Positions 38,428-48,100 of a stretch of 58,554 bases of DNA are shown here, in pieces. The stretch lies in sequence record SRR31156797_4653. One strand, given 5' to 3'. Both the position numbers and the translations under genes were made by a program. Under the pieces are notes generated by a model. It was given only the letters and a program-made list of their open reading frames with translations. It was not told the DNA's origin and ran no database searches. Within the stretch, counting starts at the first letter, position 1. The number at the start of each line of letters is the position of its first letter.

Positions 38428-40431
38428 ATGAAATTGTCAGCAAAACTAATGCTAGGTTTCGGTTCAGTTCTTGGTCTGTTGCTTGTTCTGGCAGTAATTT
38501 CTTTCTGGGCACTTGAAAACTCCAGTGAAGGTTTTACCCAATACCGGGGATTGGCAAGGGACACTAATCTGAGTGGGCGATTGCAGGCCAATATGCTTAT
38601 GGTCCGTATGAATGTTAAGGATTTCATCATCACTGGCAGTGAAAAGGACCTCAAGCAATACGACGACTATTTCGCAAGAATGCGCGGATTCATGGATGAA
38701 GCCGTTAGTGAAATCCAGAAACCCGAGCGAGCCAGCTTGGTTGCTAAGGCTGATGGGCAAGTTCGTGAATATGGAGAGTATTTTGAAAAAGTAAAAGAAT
38801 TTCGGGTGGAACGTAACCGGTACGTAAATGACGTGCTGAACGTAAATGGCCCGTTGATGGAGCAGAAGTTAACCCGTATTTTAGAAACGGCAGAGCGGGA
38901 TAACGATATGGCTGCAGCGGTTTTAAGCGGTCATGCCATGCGCAACCTGTTGCTTGCCCGGTTATATGTGGTTAAATTTTTGGATGATAATGCGCAGGCT
39001 TCAGTGGATAGGGTTCACAGTGAGGCGAAAGAGTTTAATGATTTGTTGGAAGAATTAGACCGCAGTCTGCAAAATCCTGAACGACGCCGTCTGCTGAGCG
39101 AGATCATTGACCTGAAAGAAAAATACATGACTGCTTTTGACAGTCTGACCAAGGTTATTTTTGACCGTAATGACGTGATAGCAAATCATCTTGATAAAAT
39201 CGGGCCGGAAATCGCTAAGAATGTTGAAGACGTTAAACTCTCCGTCATGGCGGATCAGGATGTGCTTGGCCCCAAACTTCAGGCCGCCAACAATCAGGCC
39301 ATCATGATGGCAGTTGCCATCAGTCTCATTGCTCTTACTGTTGGTATTGCCACAGCAGGGCTTCTTATCAGGACTGTAAACAGGCAACTTGGCAGTGATC
39401 CGGCTGAAATTGCAAATGTTGCTCAGCGCATTGCCGGCGGTGATCTGGATCTCCATTTTGTAGAGCCTGCAATCGGTGTTTACGGGAACATGCGTAACAT
39501 GGCTGCACAACTCACGCAGGTTGTTTCGGATGTCCGAGCAGGAGCAAGCAACGTCGCTTCCGGCAGCACTGAACTTTCAGCCTCCGCAGAAGGACTTTCA
39601 CAGGGGGCTACCGAGCAGGCTGCTTCTATTGAAGAAGTTTCTGCCTCCATTGAGGAAATGGCCAGCAATATCAAACAAAATACCCTGAACGCCCAGACAA
39701 CCGAGGAGATAGCTCTCAAGTCTGCTTCGGATGCTCAGGAGAGCGGAGGGGCAGTTTCTGAGGCTGTTTCAGCAATGAAGAATATTGCTGAGAAGATTTC
39801 CATTATTGAAGAAATTGCCCGCCAGACTAATTTGCTGGCACTTAATGCCGCCATTGAAGCCGCACGTGCCGGGGAGCATGGTAAGGGGTTTGCTGTTGTT
39901 GCTGCCGAAGTTCGTAAGCTGGCTGAGCGAAGCGGTAATGCCGCCGGAGAAATCAGTGAACTTTCCACCACTACGGTGACCGTAGCTGAAAAAGCCGGCG
40001 ATATGCTTGATAACTTGGTTCCTAACATCCAGAAGACCGCAGAGCTGGTACAGGAAATAGCTTCAGCCAGTACGGAACAGAATTCCGGTGCGGAGCAGAT
40101 TAGTAAGGCTATTACTCAGCTTGATTCGGTGATCCAACAGAATGCTTCAGCTTCTGAGGAAATGGCCTCCACCAGTGAGGAGCTTTCTTCCCAGAGTGCT
40201 TTGTTGGAAAACACCATGTCCTTCTTCAAGGTCAGTGGTTACGGAAGTGCAGTTTATTCACAGCCCAGAGCATTACCTGTCAGTCACAATCCTGCTGAGC
40301 ACTCAGTGCATGAGGCTCCGGTTGCCTCTACTCCTCAGGCTCCTAAGCCTGTAGCTGCTGCCCAGCCTACGGATACGGGAGGCTTAAGTCTGGATATGGA
40401 AGCTGATGATAGTGACTTTGAAAAGTTTTAA
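38428..40431 (+). CDS. Methyl-accepting chemotaxis protein with C-terminal pentapeptide DFEKF
   Basis: Two TM helices; [37 protein letters not shown]. Confidence 0.95.
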   Translation: MKLSAKLMLGFGSVLGLLLVLAVISFWALENSSEGFTQYRGLARDTNLSGRLQANMLMVRMNVKDFIITGSEKDLKQYDDYFARMRGFMDEAVSEIQKPERASLVAKADGQVREYGEYFEKVKEFRVERNRYVNDVLNVNGPLMEQKLTRILETAERDNDMAAAVLSGHAMRNLLLARLYVVKFLDDNAQASVDRVHSEAKEFNDLLEELDRSLQNPERRRLLSEIIDLKEKYMTAFDSLTKVIFDRNDVIANHLDKIGPEIAKNVEDVKLSVMADQDVLGPKLQAANNQAIMMAVAISLIALTVGIATAGLLIRTVNRQLGSDPAEIANVAQRIAGGDLDLHFVEPAIGVYGNMRNMAAQLTQVVSDVRAGASNVASGSTELSASAEGLSQGATEQAASIEEVSASIEEMASNIKQNTLNAQTTEEIALKSASDAQESGGAVSEAVSAMKNIAEKISIIEEIARQTNLLALNAAIEAARAGEHGKGFAVVAAEVRKLAERSGNAAGEISELSTTTVTVAEKAGDMLDNLVPNIQKTAELVQEIASASTEQNSGAEQISKAITQLDSVIQQNASASEEMASTSEELSSQSALLENTMSFFKVSGYGSAVYSQPRALPVSHNPAEHSVHEAPVASTPQAPKPVAAAQPTDTGGLSLDMEADDSDFEKF

Positions 40432-40455
40432 GGCAGAGTTTAGTAAATAATACTG

Positions 40456-40490
40456 AAAAGGTTTCCAGAATATTTTCTGGAGACCTTTTT
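40456..40490. terminator. Bidirectional terminator
   Basis: AAAAGGTTTCCAGAA/TTCTGGAGACCTTTT between convergent genes. Confidence 0.75.
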
Positions 40491-42136
40491 TATTTTCGCA
40501 CTATTTTCTCTTTTTTCAGCAAATCGGTAAGGGTTGCCTCGAAATCTGCAGTGCAGATGTCACGGGCTTCAAGGGATGAGTATTTCATGTCCAACCGGGA
40601 CTGGTTGCTGATCTGGATTGCGGCGGCTTTCTTACTGGTAGTCCCGGCAGTCCCGGTCCGTTTCAAATGTCTGACCCGCAAGTGACCTTGGTATACTGGA
40701 GACATTTTTTGCAGGCATAGCCTCAAATCACGGTCAAGGTCATCAAATTGCGAGGGGGAGAAACGGATGTCGAATCCGCCTGTTTTATCAAGGTCAGATA
40801 TGCGCATGATATGGCAGCATCCGGTTACCGAGCCGCAGGGCCGCATATAATCAAACTGCCCGTAATCCATGGTTTGGAGCTGGAGGTTTGTTGTTCGCAG
40901 TTGCGGGCCCTCTGGTCCGTTTTCATTTTTAATGTGTAGGTCAATGCTTTGCAACTTACGCGGATTAGGAGCATCTACAACCTTGCAGCCCCAGACCCCG
41001 GCATCCGGGTAATCCTTTATTGCTGCTCCCAGCTTGAGCAGCCAATCCTGCGGAGGCAGGGCGTCATCATCAAGGAAAGCAGCGAAGTCAGCCTCGGCAA
41101 TCTGAGGATGAAAGAGCAGCCAGTTGCGTGCTGCAGGAGCACCGATATTTACGTGTAAGTCAAAACGGATCATGGGTAGATCGGCCCGCTCTTTGGATAC
41201 AGCTTCCCATTTGTCAATGACTGCCGAGGTTCCGTCACTGCTGCCATTATCCAGCACAGCCAGAAAAGTGTTTTCATATTTTGCAGCGAATACGGCTTCA
41301 AGGGCGGCGTCAAGTTCTTCAGCTTTGTTGTAGCTGTATATCAGAATTGCTACCTTGCCCGGAGGAGGGCAGCTCTGTAGGTCGGTTTCTCTTATCAGGT
41401 CCGCTGTGCGCAGCAGGGTGTTTATCCGCCATGGACGGGCTTCAGTGTCCTGCCGGTAAATCCTGATCGCATCGGCGCGATTCCCCATGCGCAGCATGCA
41501 TTCTCCCAGTCGGGGCAGGGCTTCGGGGAATGACCCTGTGTTGTAGGCCTTCTCGTAGTTTGCGGCAGCCTGCGCGTATTCCCCTTGAGCGAATGCCAGA
41601 TTGGCGGAAAGAAAATTGTGCAGCGGTTCCATGGAGCTGAAATCAATATTTTTCAATAATTTCAAGGAAACATTGAGGAACGGCTCTTCTCCGGTGGCTT
41701 CGTAGAGTTCTTTGGAAATTTTTAGCAGGGCGAGGGATGCGGGAGATTCGTCGAGTAATTGGGCCAGTAATTTTGCTGCCTGATCATAACGTTCCCGACT
41801 GATTAGGTTGCGGAAACGTTTTTCCTGTGTACTGAAGTCGTCTTTATGGGATTCTTCCACAATGCGGGCCAGCATTTTCCCCATGGGAGAATTCGGACCA
41901 TCCTGTCCCATGAGATTCTGCTGCAGTTGTGCGCTTTGCAGGTTCAGGGGATCATGGCACCATGCGGAAAGCAGGGTTTCAAAGGCCAATTTGATGAATA
42001 AATCGCGGTTGGCGGGATCATTTTTGCTAAGATCTATGCATTTGTAGCCGATAGCGGTCAAATGGGTGCGGCCTACGCCACCGGCCAGAAATTTTTCTGC
42101 AAGCTCGCGGGGAATACTGTTCCAGAATGTGTCCAT
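40490..42136 (-). CDS. TPR + glycosyltransferase family 2 protein
   Basis: TPR-like helices; YSYNK, LDNGSSDG, NIGAPAARN, FLDDD, GGFDIRF..DDLD. Confidence 0.88.
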   Translation of the reverse strand: MDTFWNSIPRELAEKFLAGGVGRTHLTAIGYKCIDLSKNDPANRDLFIKLAFETLLSAWCHDPLNLQSAQLQQNLMGQDGPNSPMGKMLARIVEESHKDDFSTQEKRFRNLISRERYDQAAKLLAQLLDESPASLALLKISKELYEATGEEPFLNVSLKLLKNIDFSSMEPLHNFLSANLAFAQGEYAQAAANYEKAYNTGSFPEALPRLGECMLRMGNRADAIRIYRQDTEARPWRINTLLRTADLIRETDLQSCPPPGKVAILIYSYNKAEELDAALEAVFAAKYENTFLAVLDNGSSDGTSAVIDKWEAVSKERADLPMIRFDLHVNIGAPAARNWLLFHPQIAEADFAAFLDDDALPPQDWLLKLGAAIKDYPDAGVWGCKVVDAPNPRKLQSIDLHIKNENGPEGPQLRTTNLQLQTMDYGQFDYMRPCGSVTGCCHIMRISDLDKTGGFDIRFSPSQFDDLDRDLRLCLQKMSPVYQGHLRVRHLKRTGTAGTTSKKAAAIQISNQSRLDMKYSSLEARDICTADFEATLTDLLKKEKIVRK

Positions 42137-42218
42137 GATACTGCCCTTGATGGAATTGTTAATTGCTTCTAGAGTGTTTCCTTACTAGTTAATCCTTATT
42201 CATTGCAAGGAGTTTGCT

Positions 42219-42959
42219 GTGGCGGACAGACGGTTGGCGCTTGTTATCCTGCATTTTGGTGATCCGGCTCTTACTTCAAGAGTTAAAGAGCAGCTTGAAC
42301 AGTCCGACCCTAAGTGGGCGGAACATATTTACGTGCTTGATAACCATGCGCCGGAACCTTTTACCGGGGCGTGGCGCAGGCTGGACGAGAATCTCTATTG
42401 GTCCGGGGCACTGGACTACTGCCTTAAAGAATTTCAAAGCCGGGGCTACACCCACCTTTGGTTTCTGAATAATGATATTTGGTTCGGTTCAAAGCCGCCC
42501 CATATACTTAAGGCGTGGAAGCGTCTGGAACAGCTGGATGCTAAGATCGGTCCTATCGGGGTTTATTCCCCGGCCACCCACCGTAGCCCATATCATCCGC
42601 AAATGGTAGAAAAGCCGGAGATGCAATATTCTCTGGTGCCTTACATTGACGGCATTTCTCCGCTATTCAACATTGAGTGTTTGAACAAGATCGGCGGGTT
42701 GGATTATGAAGGTAACACCTATGGTTACGGGGTGGATGTCTGGAATTCACTGGCTTTGCATAGGGCCGGATTTCCGGTGGTGGTCGATCATCAGGTTACA
42801 ATCCGCCACATCTACCACAGCACCGCCAAGAAGGTGGAAGGCTTCTTAGCCATAGCAGCCGAGGCCCAGCGTCAGTACATGATCGCCCGCCTTGGAGAGG
42901 ATTATGAAGAGGTGCTCAAACAAGAGCTTGCGTCCTGCCGTGACTCTCAGAGTTTTTAG
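42219..42959 (+). CDS. GT-A fold / glycosyltransferase-2-like hypothetical protein
   Basis: VLDN, NLYW, FLNND, YGYGVD motifs. Confidence 0.7.
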   Translation: MADRRLALVILHFGDPALTSRVKEQLEQSDPKWAEHIYVLDNHAPEPFTGAWRRLDENLYWSGALDYCLKEFQSRGYTHLWFLNNDIWFGSKPPHILKAWKRLEQLDAKIGPIGVYSPATHRSPYHPQMVEKPEMQYSLVPYIDGISPLFNIECLNKIGGLDYEGNTYGYGVDVWNSLALHRAGFPVVVDHQVTIRHIYHSTAKKVEGFLAIAAEAQRQYMIARLGEDYEEVLKQELASCRDSQSF

Positions 42960-43052
42960 GTTTTCTCTATAATTGTAGCTGTTTTTCATCTGTGTTATTG
43001 ATAGGTTCGATAATAAGAATTATTCGCAACCAACATACGGAGATGAGATATT

Positions 43053-43400
43053 ATGATTTTAGTACATTACCCCAGTTGAACCACTTCCCGCAAAGCCAAG
43101 GTTTGGCTTGAGGAAAAAGGTATTGATTTTACCATCCGCCATATAGTCAAAGAGACTCCGACCAAAGATGAATTTCTTGTATGGCAGAAGATTGCCGGGG
43201 TGGATAAGAAAAAGTTTGTGAATACCAACGGTAAGAAATATAAGGAAATGGGGCTGAAAGAGACTATTGACGACATGAGTGATGCTGATCTCTTTGAGCT
43301 TATTTCCGCTGACGGCATGCTGGTCAAACGCCCCATACTTGTGGCCGATGGTTTTGTGCTTATCGGTTTCAAGCTTAAGGAATGGGAAGAGCGGTTTTAA
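43053..43400 (+). CDS. ArsC/Spx-MgsR family selenoprotein, 115 aa, Sec9 in UTTS
   Basis: GGAG RBS; MILVHYPS-U-TTSRKAKVWLEEKGIDF...GMLVKRPILV; TGA 43077 is in frame with track ORF 43200-43400 and sits at the first Cys of the family's CxTC/SRKA motif. Confidence 0.9.
43093..43109 (+). promoter_or_regulatory. Bacterial SECIS candidate
   Basis: AAGCCAA-GGT-TTGGCTT starting 13 nt after the UGA. Confidence 0.8.
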
Positions 43401-43418
43401 ATCTAAGAGGATAACTCC

Positions 43419-43892
43419 ATGAGTAAGGTGAAGAATATAGCTGTGGTTGCCCATGACAACTGCAAGAAAGAATTGCTTGATTTTGTTGACTGCAATCACA
43501 ATATCCTTTCCCGGCATAATCTTGTCGCCACCGGAACCACCGGGGGACTGGTCGAGAAGATGATCAAGGAAAGGGCGGACCAGAAAAATGATGAAGGGTA
43601 TGATTTCAAGCCTGTTTACAGGATGAAATCCGGTCCCTTGGGCGGTGACCAGCAGCTTGGAGCCATGATTTCCGAAGGTAAGATTGATGTGCTGATCTTT
43701 TTCTGGGACCCTATGCAGCCGCAGCCCCATGATGTTGATGTTAAGGCTCTGCTGCGTCTGGCCGTTCTTTACAATATTCCTACTGCAAGTAATCGTTCCA
43801 CTGCTGAATTTTTGATATCCTCTCCCTTTTTCGAAGGGGAGTTTCAGCGTAAGGAAACAGATTTTAGTGCTTACACTCAGCGAAAGTTGTAA
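43419..43892 (+). CDS. mgsA: Methylglyoxal synthase
   Basis: AHD..K, ATGTTG, SGPLGGDQQ, PHDVDVKAL. Confidence 0.95.
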   Translation: MSKVKNIAVVAHDNCKKELLDFVDCNHNILSRHNLVATGTTGGLVEKMIKERADQKNDEGYDFKPVYRMKSGPLGGDQQLGAMISEGKIDVLIFFWDPMQPQPHDVDVKALLRLAVLYNIPTASNRSTAEFLISSPFFEGEFQRKETDFSAYTQRKL

Positions 43893-43960
43893 ACAGTTGT
43901 GTGCCTGTTTCATTTGATTTATGACCACCTGAATTTAATGAGATCAAGCGTGAGGTGTTT

Positions 43961-44236
43961 ATGAGTAAGACTGATGTGAAGAAGGTTACCTTCAAAGAAT
44001 ATGATATCCGCTACTACGTGGTCGGCAATGTGGCTTTTGTCTGTCCTGACGACCTCGTTCCCATTATGGATCTTGATTCTAAGAAGATTGATGTTGGTGG
44101 CGAAAAGGCGCTGGATAAGGTTGAGGCCGGGCGTAAGATTTTTCCTTACTTTGAATTTTTCGACTGGTTTTCGGAGCAGTTCGATCAATACGATTATTCC
44201 GATGATGTGATTTTACCCGATCCTATGCCGTGGTAG
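43961..44236 (+). CDS. Small acidic hypothetical protein
   Basis: 91-aa ORF with GAGG RBS, followed by a terminator. Confidence 0.65.
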   Translation: MSKTDVKKVTFKEYDIRYYVVGNVAFVCPDDLVPIMDLDSKKIDVGGEKALDKVEAGRKIFPYFEFFDWFSEQFDQYDYSDDVILPDPMPW

Positions 44237-44258
44237 AAAGGTAAATTTGCGTTATATC

Positions 44259-44292
44259 AAGGGGATGTCCTGAATAGGATATCCCCTTTTTT
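44259..44292 (+). terminator. Intrinsic terminator
   Basis: AAGGGGATGTCCT/AGGATATCCCCTT plus T run. Confidence 0.75.
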
Positions 44293-44386
44293 GTGATCAA
44301 AAAGTATCATGTTTTGTAATAAAAAGACTTCCTACTGATAAGCAGGGGTGATATAAAACTCCTAATCTTAATAGGAGGAATTGAAT

Positions 44387-45109
44387 ATGAGTAAAGCACA
44401 AGCTGGCTGCTCAAAACCTGTCGGCAACACAGCCGAAGAAGCGCAGCCTAAAGTTGAAAATGTTGCCTCCGAAACTATCAAGGGAGCAGGAAACATGATT
44501 AAAGCTGGACAGAAAGCCCCTGATTTTACCGCAATGGCCTATCAGGATGGCGGGTTCAAAGAAGTAAAACTCTCCGATTATGCTGGCAAGTGGGTGGTAC
44601 TTTGTTTCTACCCCGGTGATTTTACCTTTGTCTGAGCAACTGAAATTTCGGCGGTCGCCGAAAAACATGCTGAATTTGAAGCTCTTGGCGTTCAAGTCCT
44701 TTCCATGAGCACTGACAGTGTCTTTGTTCACAAAATGTGGGAATATGACGAGCTTTCAAAAATGATCACAGCGGGTAAGGTTCCCTTTCCCATGCTTTCA
44801 GATGCTGGCGGTAAAGTTGGCGAAATGTATGGTGTCTATGATGAGAATTCCGGTGTTGATATTCGTGGCCGTTTCCTTATAGATCCTGACGGAGTCATCG
44901 TCGGCTATGAAGTATTGACTCCGCCAGTAGGCCGCAACGTCTCTGAAACCCTGCGTCAGATTCAGGCATATCAGCACGTAAGGGAAACCGGTGCTGCTGA
45001 GGTTTGCCCCTCCGGCTGGAAACCCGGTAAGACAATCCTTAACCCCGGTCCGGAACTCGTAGGTAAGGTTTGGGAAGCATGGAAAGTCTCCATGGCTTTT
45101 GAGGATTAG
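44387..45109 (+). CDS. prxU: Selenocysteine-containing AhpC-type peroxiredoxin, 240 aa, peroxidatic Sec83
   Basis: [13 protein letters not shown] (canonical FTFVCPTE); TGA 44633 joins ORFs 44381-44635 and 44705-45109; GRN and resolving EVCPSGW; AGGAGG RBS. Confidence 0.95.
44646..44663 (+). promoter_or_regulatory. Bacterial SECIS candidate
   Basis: TTTCGGC-GGTC-GCCGAAA starting 10 nt after the UGA. Confidence 0.85.
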
Positions 45110-45136
45110 GCAGTTAATAGTCTTTATTGATATTGC

Positions 45137-45170
45137 TCCCGGTCTGTATTCTCAGGCCGGGATTTTTTTT
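45137..45170 (+). terminator. Intrinsic terminator after prxU
   Basis: TCCCGGTCTG/CAGGCCGGGA plus T8. Confidence 0.75.
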
Positions 45171-45273
45171 GTGTAGAAATGTAATTATGTCTGAGCTGTC
45201 AGCTTTTAAAATCGTTGTGAATTTATTACATAATACAGTATTAGTTAATCAGCTGACATGAATAGGAGTTGCC

Positions 45274-46467
45274 GTGCGTATCAGTTTTAACAGGATGGAG
45301 TGGGCCGGAGCCGTAGGTGATCTCGGGGCATTGCTGCCTTTGGCTTTTGCCATGATTATGGTCAACGGGCTTTCGGCTACCGGGTTGTTGTTGTCGGTTG
45401 GCTTATTCTACATCATCGGCGGAATGTACTATCGGGTACCTATTGCAGTACAGCCCATGAAGGTGGTTTCGGCCTATGCCATTGCTCAGTCGCTCAGTCC
45501 TTCGGTTATCACCGGGGCCGGGTTCATAATTGCCGCGCTCATGTTTTTTCTTGGTGCAAGTGGGCTGGTCAAAAAAGCTGCAAAGTTGATTCCGCTGCCT
45601 GTTATTCGCGGGGTTCAGGTTTCAACCGGGATATTGCTGCTATTGAAAGGCCTTCACCTTGCTGCCGGGACCAGTACTCTACAGGCTGCTCAGGGTAAGG
45701 TTGAGCCGTTTTTGGGTGTTCAATCTTTGGGATCGGTTCCACTTAGTGTGGTCTTCGGAATTTTGTTCGGGATCGTCACCTTGAAACTCATCAACAGCAA
45801 AAGGTTTCCCGCCGGACTTGTTGTTGTGGGCTGCGGTGCGGTCCTAGGAGGATTGCTCGGGGCATGGCAGGGCTTGGCTGATATCAGTTTCGGTTTCCAT
45901 TTACCGCAATTCATGCCTTTCGGTTTTCCAACTGCGGATGATTTTTCTTTTGCTCTGTTGGCTCTGGTGCTGCCCCAGATTCCCATGACTCTGGGTAATG
46001 CAGTCATTGCCAACCGCGATTTGAGCCATGAATATTTCGGCACAGAAAGCCGCAGGGTCACTGACCGGGCTTTGTGTATTAGTATGGGGATCGCCAACTG
46101 TTTTGCCGCGCTGGTAGGCGGAATGCCGCTCTGCCACGGAGCTGGTGGGCTGGCTGCTCATTATCGTTTCGGGGCGAGGACTTGTGGTTCCAACCTGATT
46201 ATCGGGGTTTTGTTCGTGCTTCTGGCTGTAGGGTTCGGGGCCGGATCAGTAAAGGTTTTGCAACTGATCCCCATGGGTGTGCTCGGTGTACTGCTGGTGT
46301 TCGCTGGTGTGCAATTGGTGCTGGCTATGCGCGACATGACCGCAAGATCTGCGCAGTTTGTGATTGCTGTCATGCTGGGTATTACTCTTCTTGCGAATCT
46401 TGCATGGGCCTTTGGAGCCGGGATCTTGCTGAGTATTATTTTTTCAAGGTTTAAGGTGTCACAATAG
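45274..46467 (+). CDS. Putative molybdate/sulfate transporter (MOT1-like)
   Basis: EWAGAVGDLG, PIAVQPMK, PQIPMTLGNA, MPLCHGAGGLAAHYRFGAR. Confidence 0.88.
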   Translation: MRISFNRMEWAGAVGDLGALLPLAFAMIMVNGLSATGLLLSVGLFYIIGGMYYRVPIAVQPMKVVSAYAIAQSLSPSVITGAGFIIAALMFFLGASGLVKKAAKLIPLPVIRGVQVSTGILLLLKGLHLAAGTSTLQAAQGKVEPFLGVQSLGSVPLSVVFGILFGIVTLKLINSKRFPAGLVVVGCGAVLGGLLGAWQGLADISFGFHLPQFMPFGFPTADDFSFALLALVLPQIPMTLGNAVIANRDLSHEYFGTESRRVTDRALCISMGIANCFAALVGGMPLCHGAGGLAAHYRFGARTCGSNLIIGVLFVLLAVGFGAGSVKVLQLIPMGVLGVLLVFAGVQLVLAMRDMTARSAQFVIAVMLGITLLANLAWAFGAGILLSIIFSRFKVSQ

Positions 46468-46537
46468 TTGTGAATAGTTTATACTTGATCATCCCGCACC
46501 CCTCAGGGATGACAATACTGCTAAAACGGAGGTTCTT

Positions 46538-47389
46538 ATGGGTAAGTTAATTAAAGAAGAAGGCGAAAAGGGCCGTCTGCATATAGAAACCAAGCTGCTG
46601 GGTGAATCTCTTGTGGGTAAGGATTGTTTGCGCAATACCGAGGCTGATAAATATTTTCACATGCAGCCGGATGTTAATGTTCTCAAGATCGGTGGTCAGT
46701 CCATCATGGACCGTGGAGCAAATGCATTGCTGCCCATCCTTGACGAACTGGTCAAGGCCAAGGAAGAGCACAAGATTCTGCTCATGACCGGGGGCGGCAC
46801 CCGTGCACGTCATGTGTACAATATTGGTGTTGATCTGGGCATGCCTACCGGTGTTCTTTCCAAGCTGGGCGATAAAGTTTCCTGGCAGAACGCGGAAATG
46901 CTCTCCGTACTGCTGGCTAAACGTGGCGGTGTAAAGATCGGTCATGGTGATCATCTAGAGCAGCTGAACATGTACTGCCAGCTCGGCTACCTGCCCATTA
47001 CTACCGGGATTCCTCCTTACGGATTCTTCGAGCATCCGGCAGAAGTTGGCTCTATCCCGCCGCACCGCACTGACTCCGGTGCTTTCTTGCTGGCGGAAAA
47101 CATCGGTGCTAAGTCGGTTATTTATCTCAAGGATGAAAAAGGACTTTACGCGGATGATCCCAAGAAGGCTAAGGATCGTGAAACATTGAAGTTCTACGAC
47201 CGTATCCACGTTGATGAGCTGATTGAAATGGACCTTGATGACCTGATCGTTGAGCGTGCTGTTCTGACCTTCCTCAAGAACGCCAAGACCCTCAAGCAGT
47301 TCCAGATTATTGATGTGCTGCGTGATCCTGAGTGTGTACATGCCGCATTGCGCGGGGAACATGTCGGAACTATTGTTTATAAAGATTAA
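46538..47389 (+). CDS. Molybdenum storage protein subunit-like (amino-acid kinase/UMP-kinase fold)
   Basis: LLGESLV, KIGGQSIMDRG, GGGTRARH, IPPHRTDSG, KDEKGLYADDP. Confidence 0.8.
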   Translation: MGKLIKEEGEKGRLHIETKLLGESLVGKDCLRNTEADKYFHMQPDVNVLKIGGQSIMDRGANALLPILDELVKAKEEHKILLMTGGGTRARHVYNIGVDLGMPTGVLSKLGDKVSWQNAEMLSVLLAKRGGVKIGHGDHLEQLNMYCQLGYLPITTGIPPYGFFEHPAEVGSIPPHRTDSGAFLLAENIGAKSVIYLKDEKGLYADDPKKAKDRETLKFYDRIHVDELIEMDLDDLIVERAVLTFLKNAKTLKQFQIIDVLRDPECVHAALRGEHVGTIVYKD

Positions 47390-47402
47390 ATTCTGAACAA
47401 TT

Positions 47403-47440
47403 AAAAACGGGGAACAGTTTCATTACTGCTCCCCGTTTTT
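47403..47440. terminator. Bidirectional terminator
   Basis: AAAAACGGGGAACAGT/ACTGCTCCCCGTTTTT. Confidence 0.75.
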
Positions 47441-47647
47441 TTAGTCCCTCTTACCTTCGCTTCCCTTGCCGTCACGTTCCAGATAAACGATCTCAGCTCC
47501 GGTGTGCTTGGCAATTTCCCTAAGTTCGCACTTACGGATGCGCTTAACTTTCATGGTTAAGCCTTCACCCTGTACACCGACTACGCGGTAACGGGGTCTC
47601 TTGTCGCCATCTGTGGCCTTAACTCTTTCCCGTACGAAAATTTTCAT
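47441..47647 (-). CDS. Small basic hypothetical protein
   Basis: 68-aa ORF with GAGGAGG RBS, divergent from padR. Confidence 0.65.
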   Translation of the reverse strand: MKIFVRERVKATDGDKRPRYRVVGVQGEGLTMKVKRIRKCELREIAKHTGAEIVYLERDGKGSEGKRD

Positions 47648-47744
47648 AAAGCCCTCCTCTGCGGTTTATTGTGTCTTTATGGATATTCGTCTATACTAGA
47701 TATATATCCTCTAAGAACATATAGTCAAGAAGAACAGGTGGGAA

Positions 47745-48092
47745 ATGTCGAAAAAGGCAGGTGGGGGCAAGCCCCAAAGGTATGTGCAGCCATCGCTGTT
47801 GTTGGCTTTAAAGTCAGGGCCTTCGTATGGTTATGAGTTGATTCAGACCATTAGTGGGTATGGTTTTTTGCGCGCGGAAGCGCCTCCCGGAATGATCTAT
47901 CGTCATCTGCGGCAGATGGATGAAGAAGGATTGGTGGAATCAAAGTGGGATGCAGAGGGGGACGGACCTGCGAAGCGTGTTTATGCCGTCACCCCTGAAG
48001 GTCTGGAAATTCTTGAAGCGTGGATAATCCACATGGAACGCCAGCGTGATGCGCTGGACAGTTTTATTGCCCGTTACAGGGAAGGACAGTAG
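47745..48092 (+). CDS. PadR family transcriptional regulator
   Basis: PSYGYEL, GMIYRHLRQM, GPAKRVYAVT. Confidence 0.9.
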   Translation: MSKKAGGGKPQRYVQPSLLLALKSGPSYGYELIQTISGYGFLRAEAPPGMIYRHLRQMDEEGLVESKWDAEGDGPAKRVYAVTPEGLEILEAWIIHMERQRDALDSFIARYREGQ

Positions 48093-48100
48093 CTGTAACT

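Noticed and set aside
43059-43928. 289-aa minus-strand ORF
   Set aside because: Antisense shadow of mgsA and the ArsC-like selenoprotein; no recognisable motifs
46538-47389. Annotation as uridylate kinase PyrH
   Set aside because: Same fold, but the N-terminal extension and KIGGQS/PPHRTD motifs fit molybdenum storage proteins, and the neighbour is a MOT1-like transporter rather than tsf/frr
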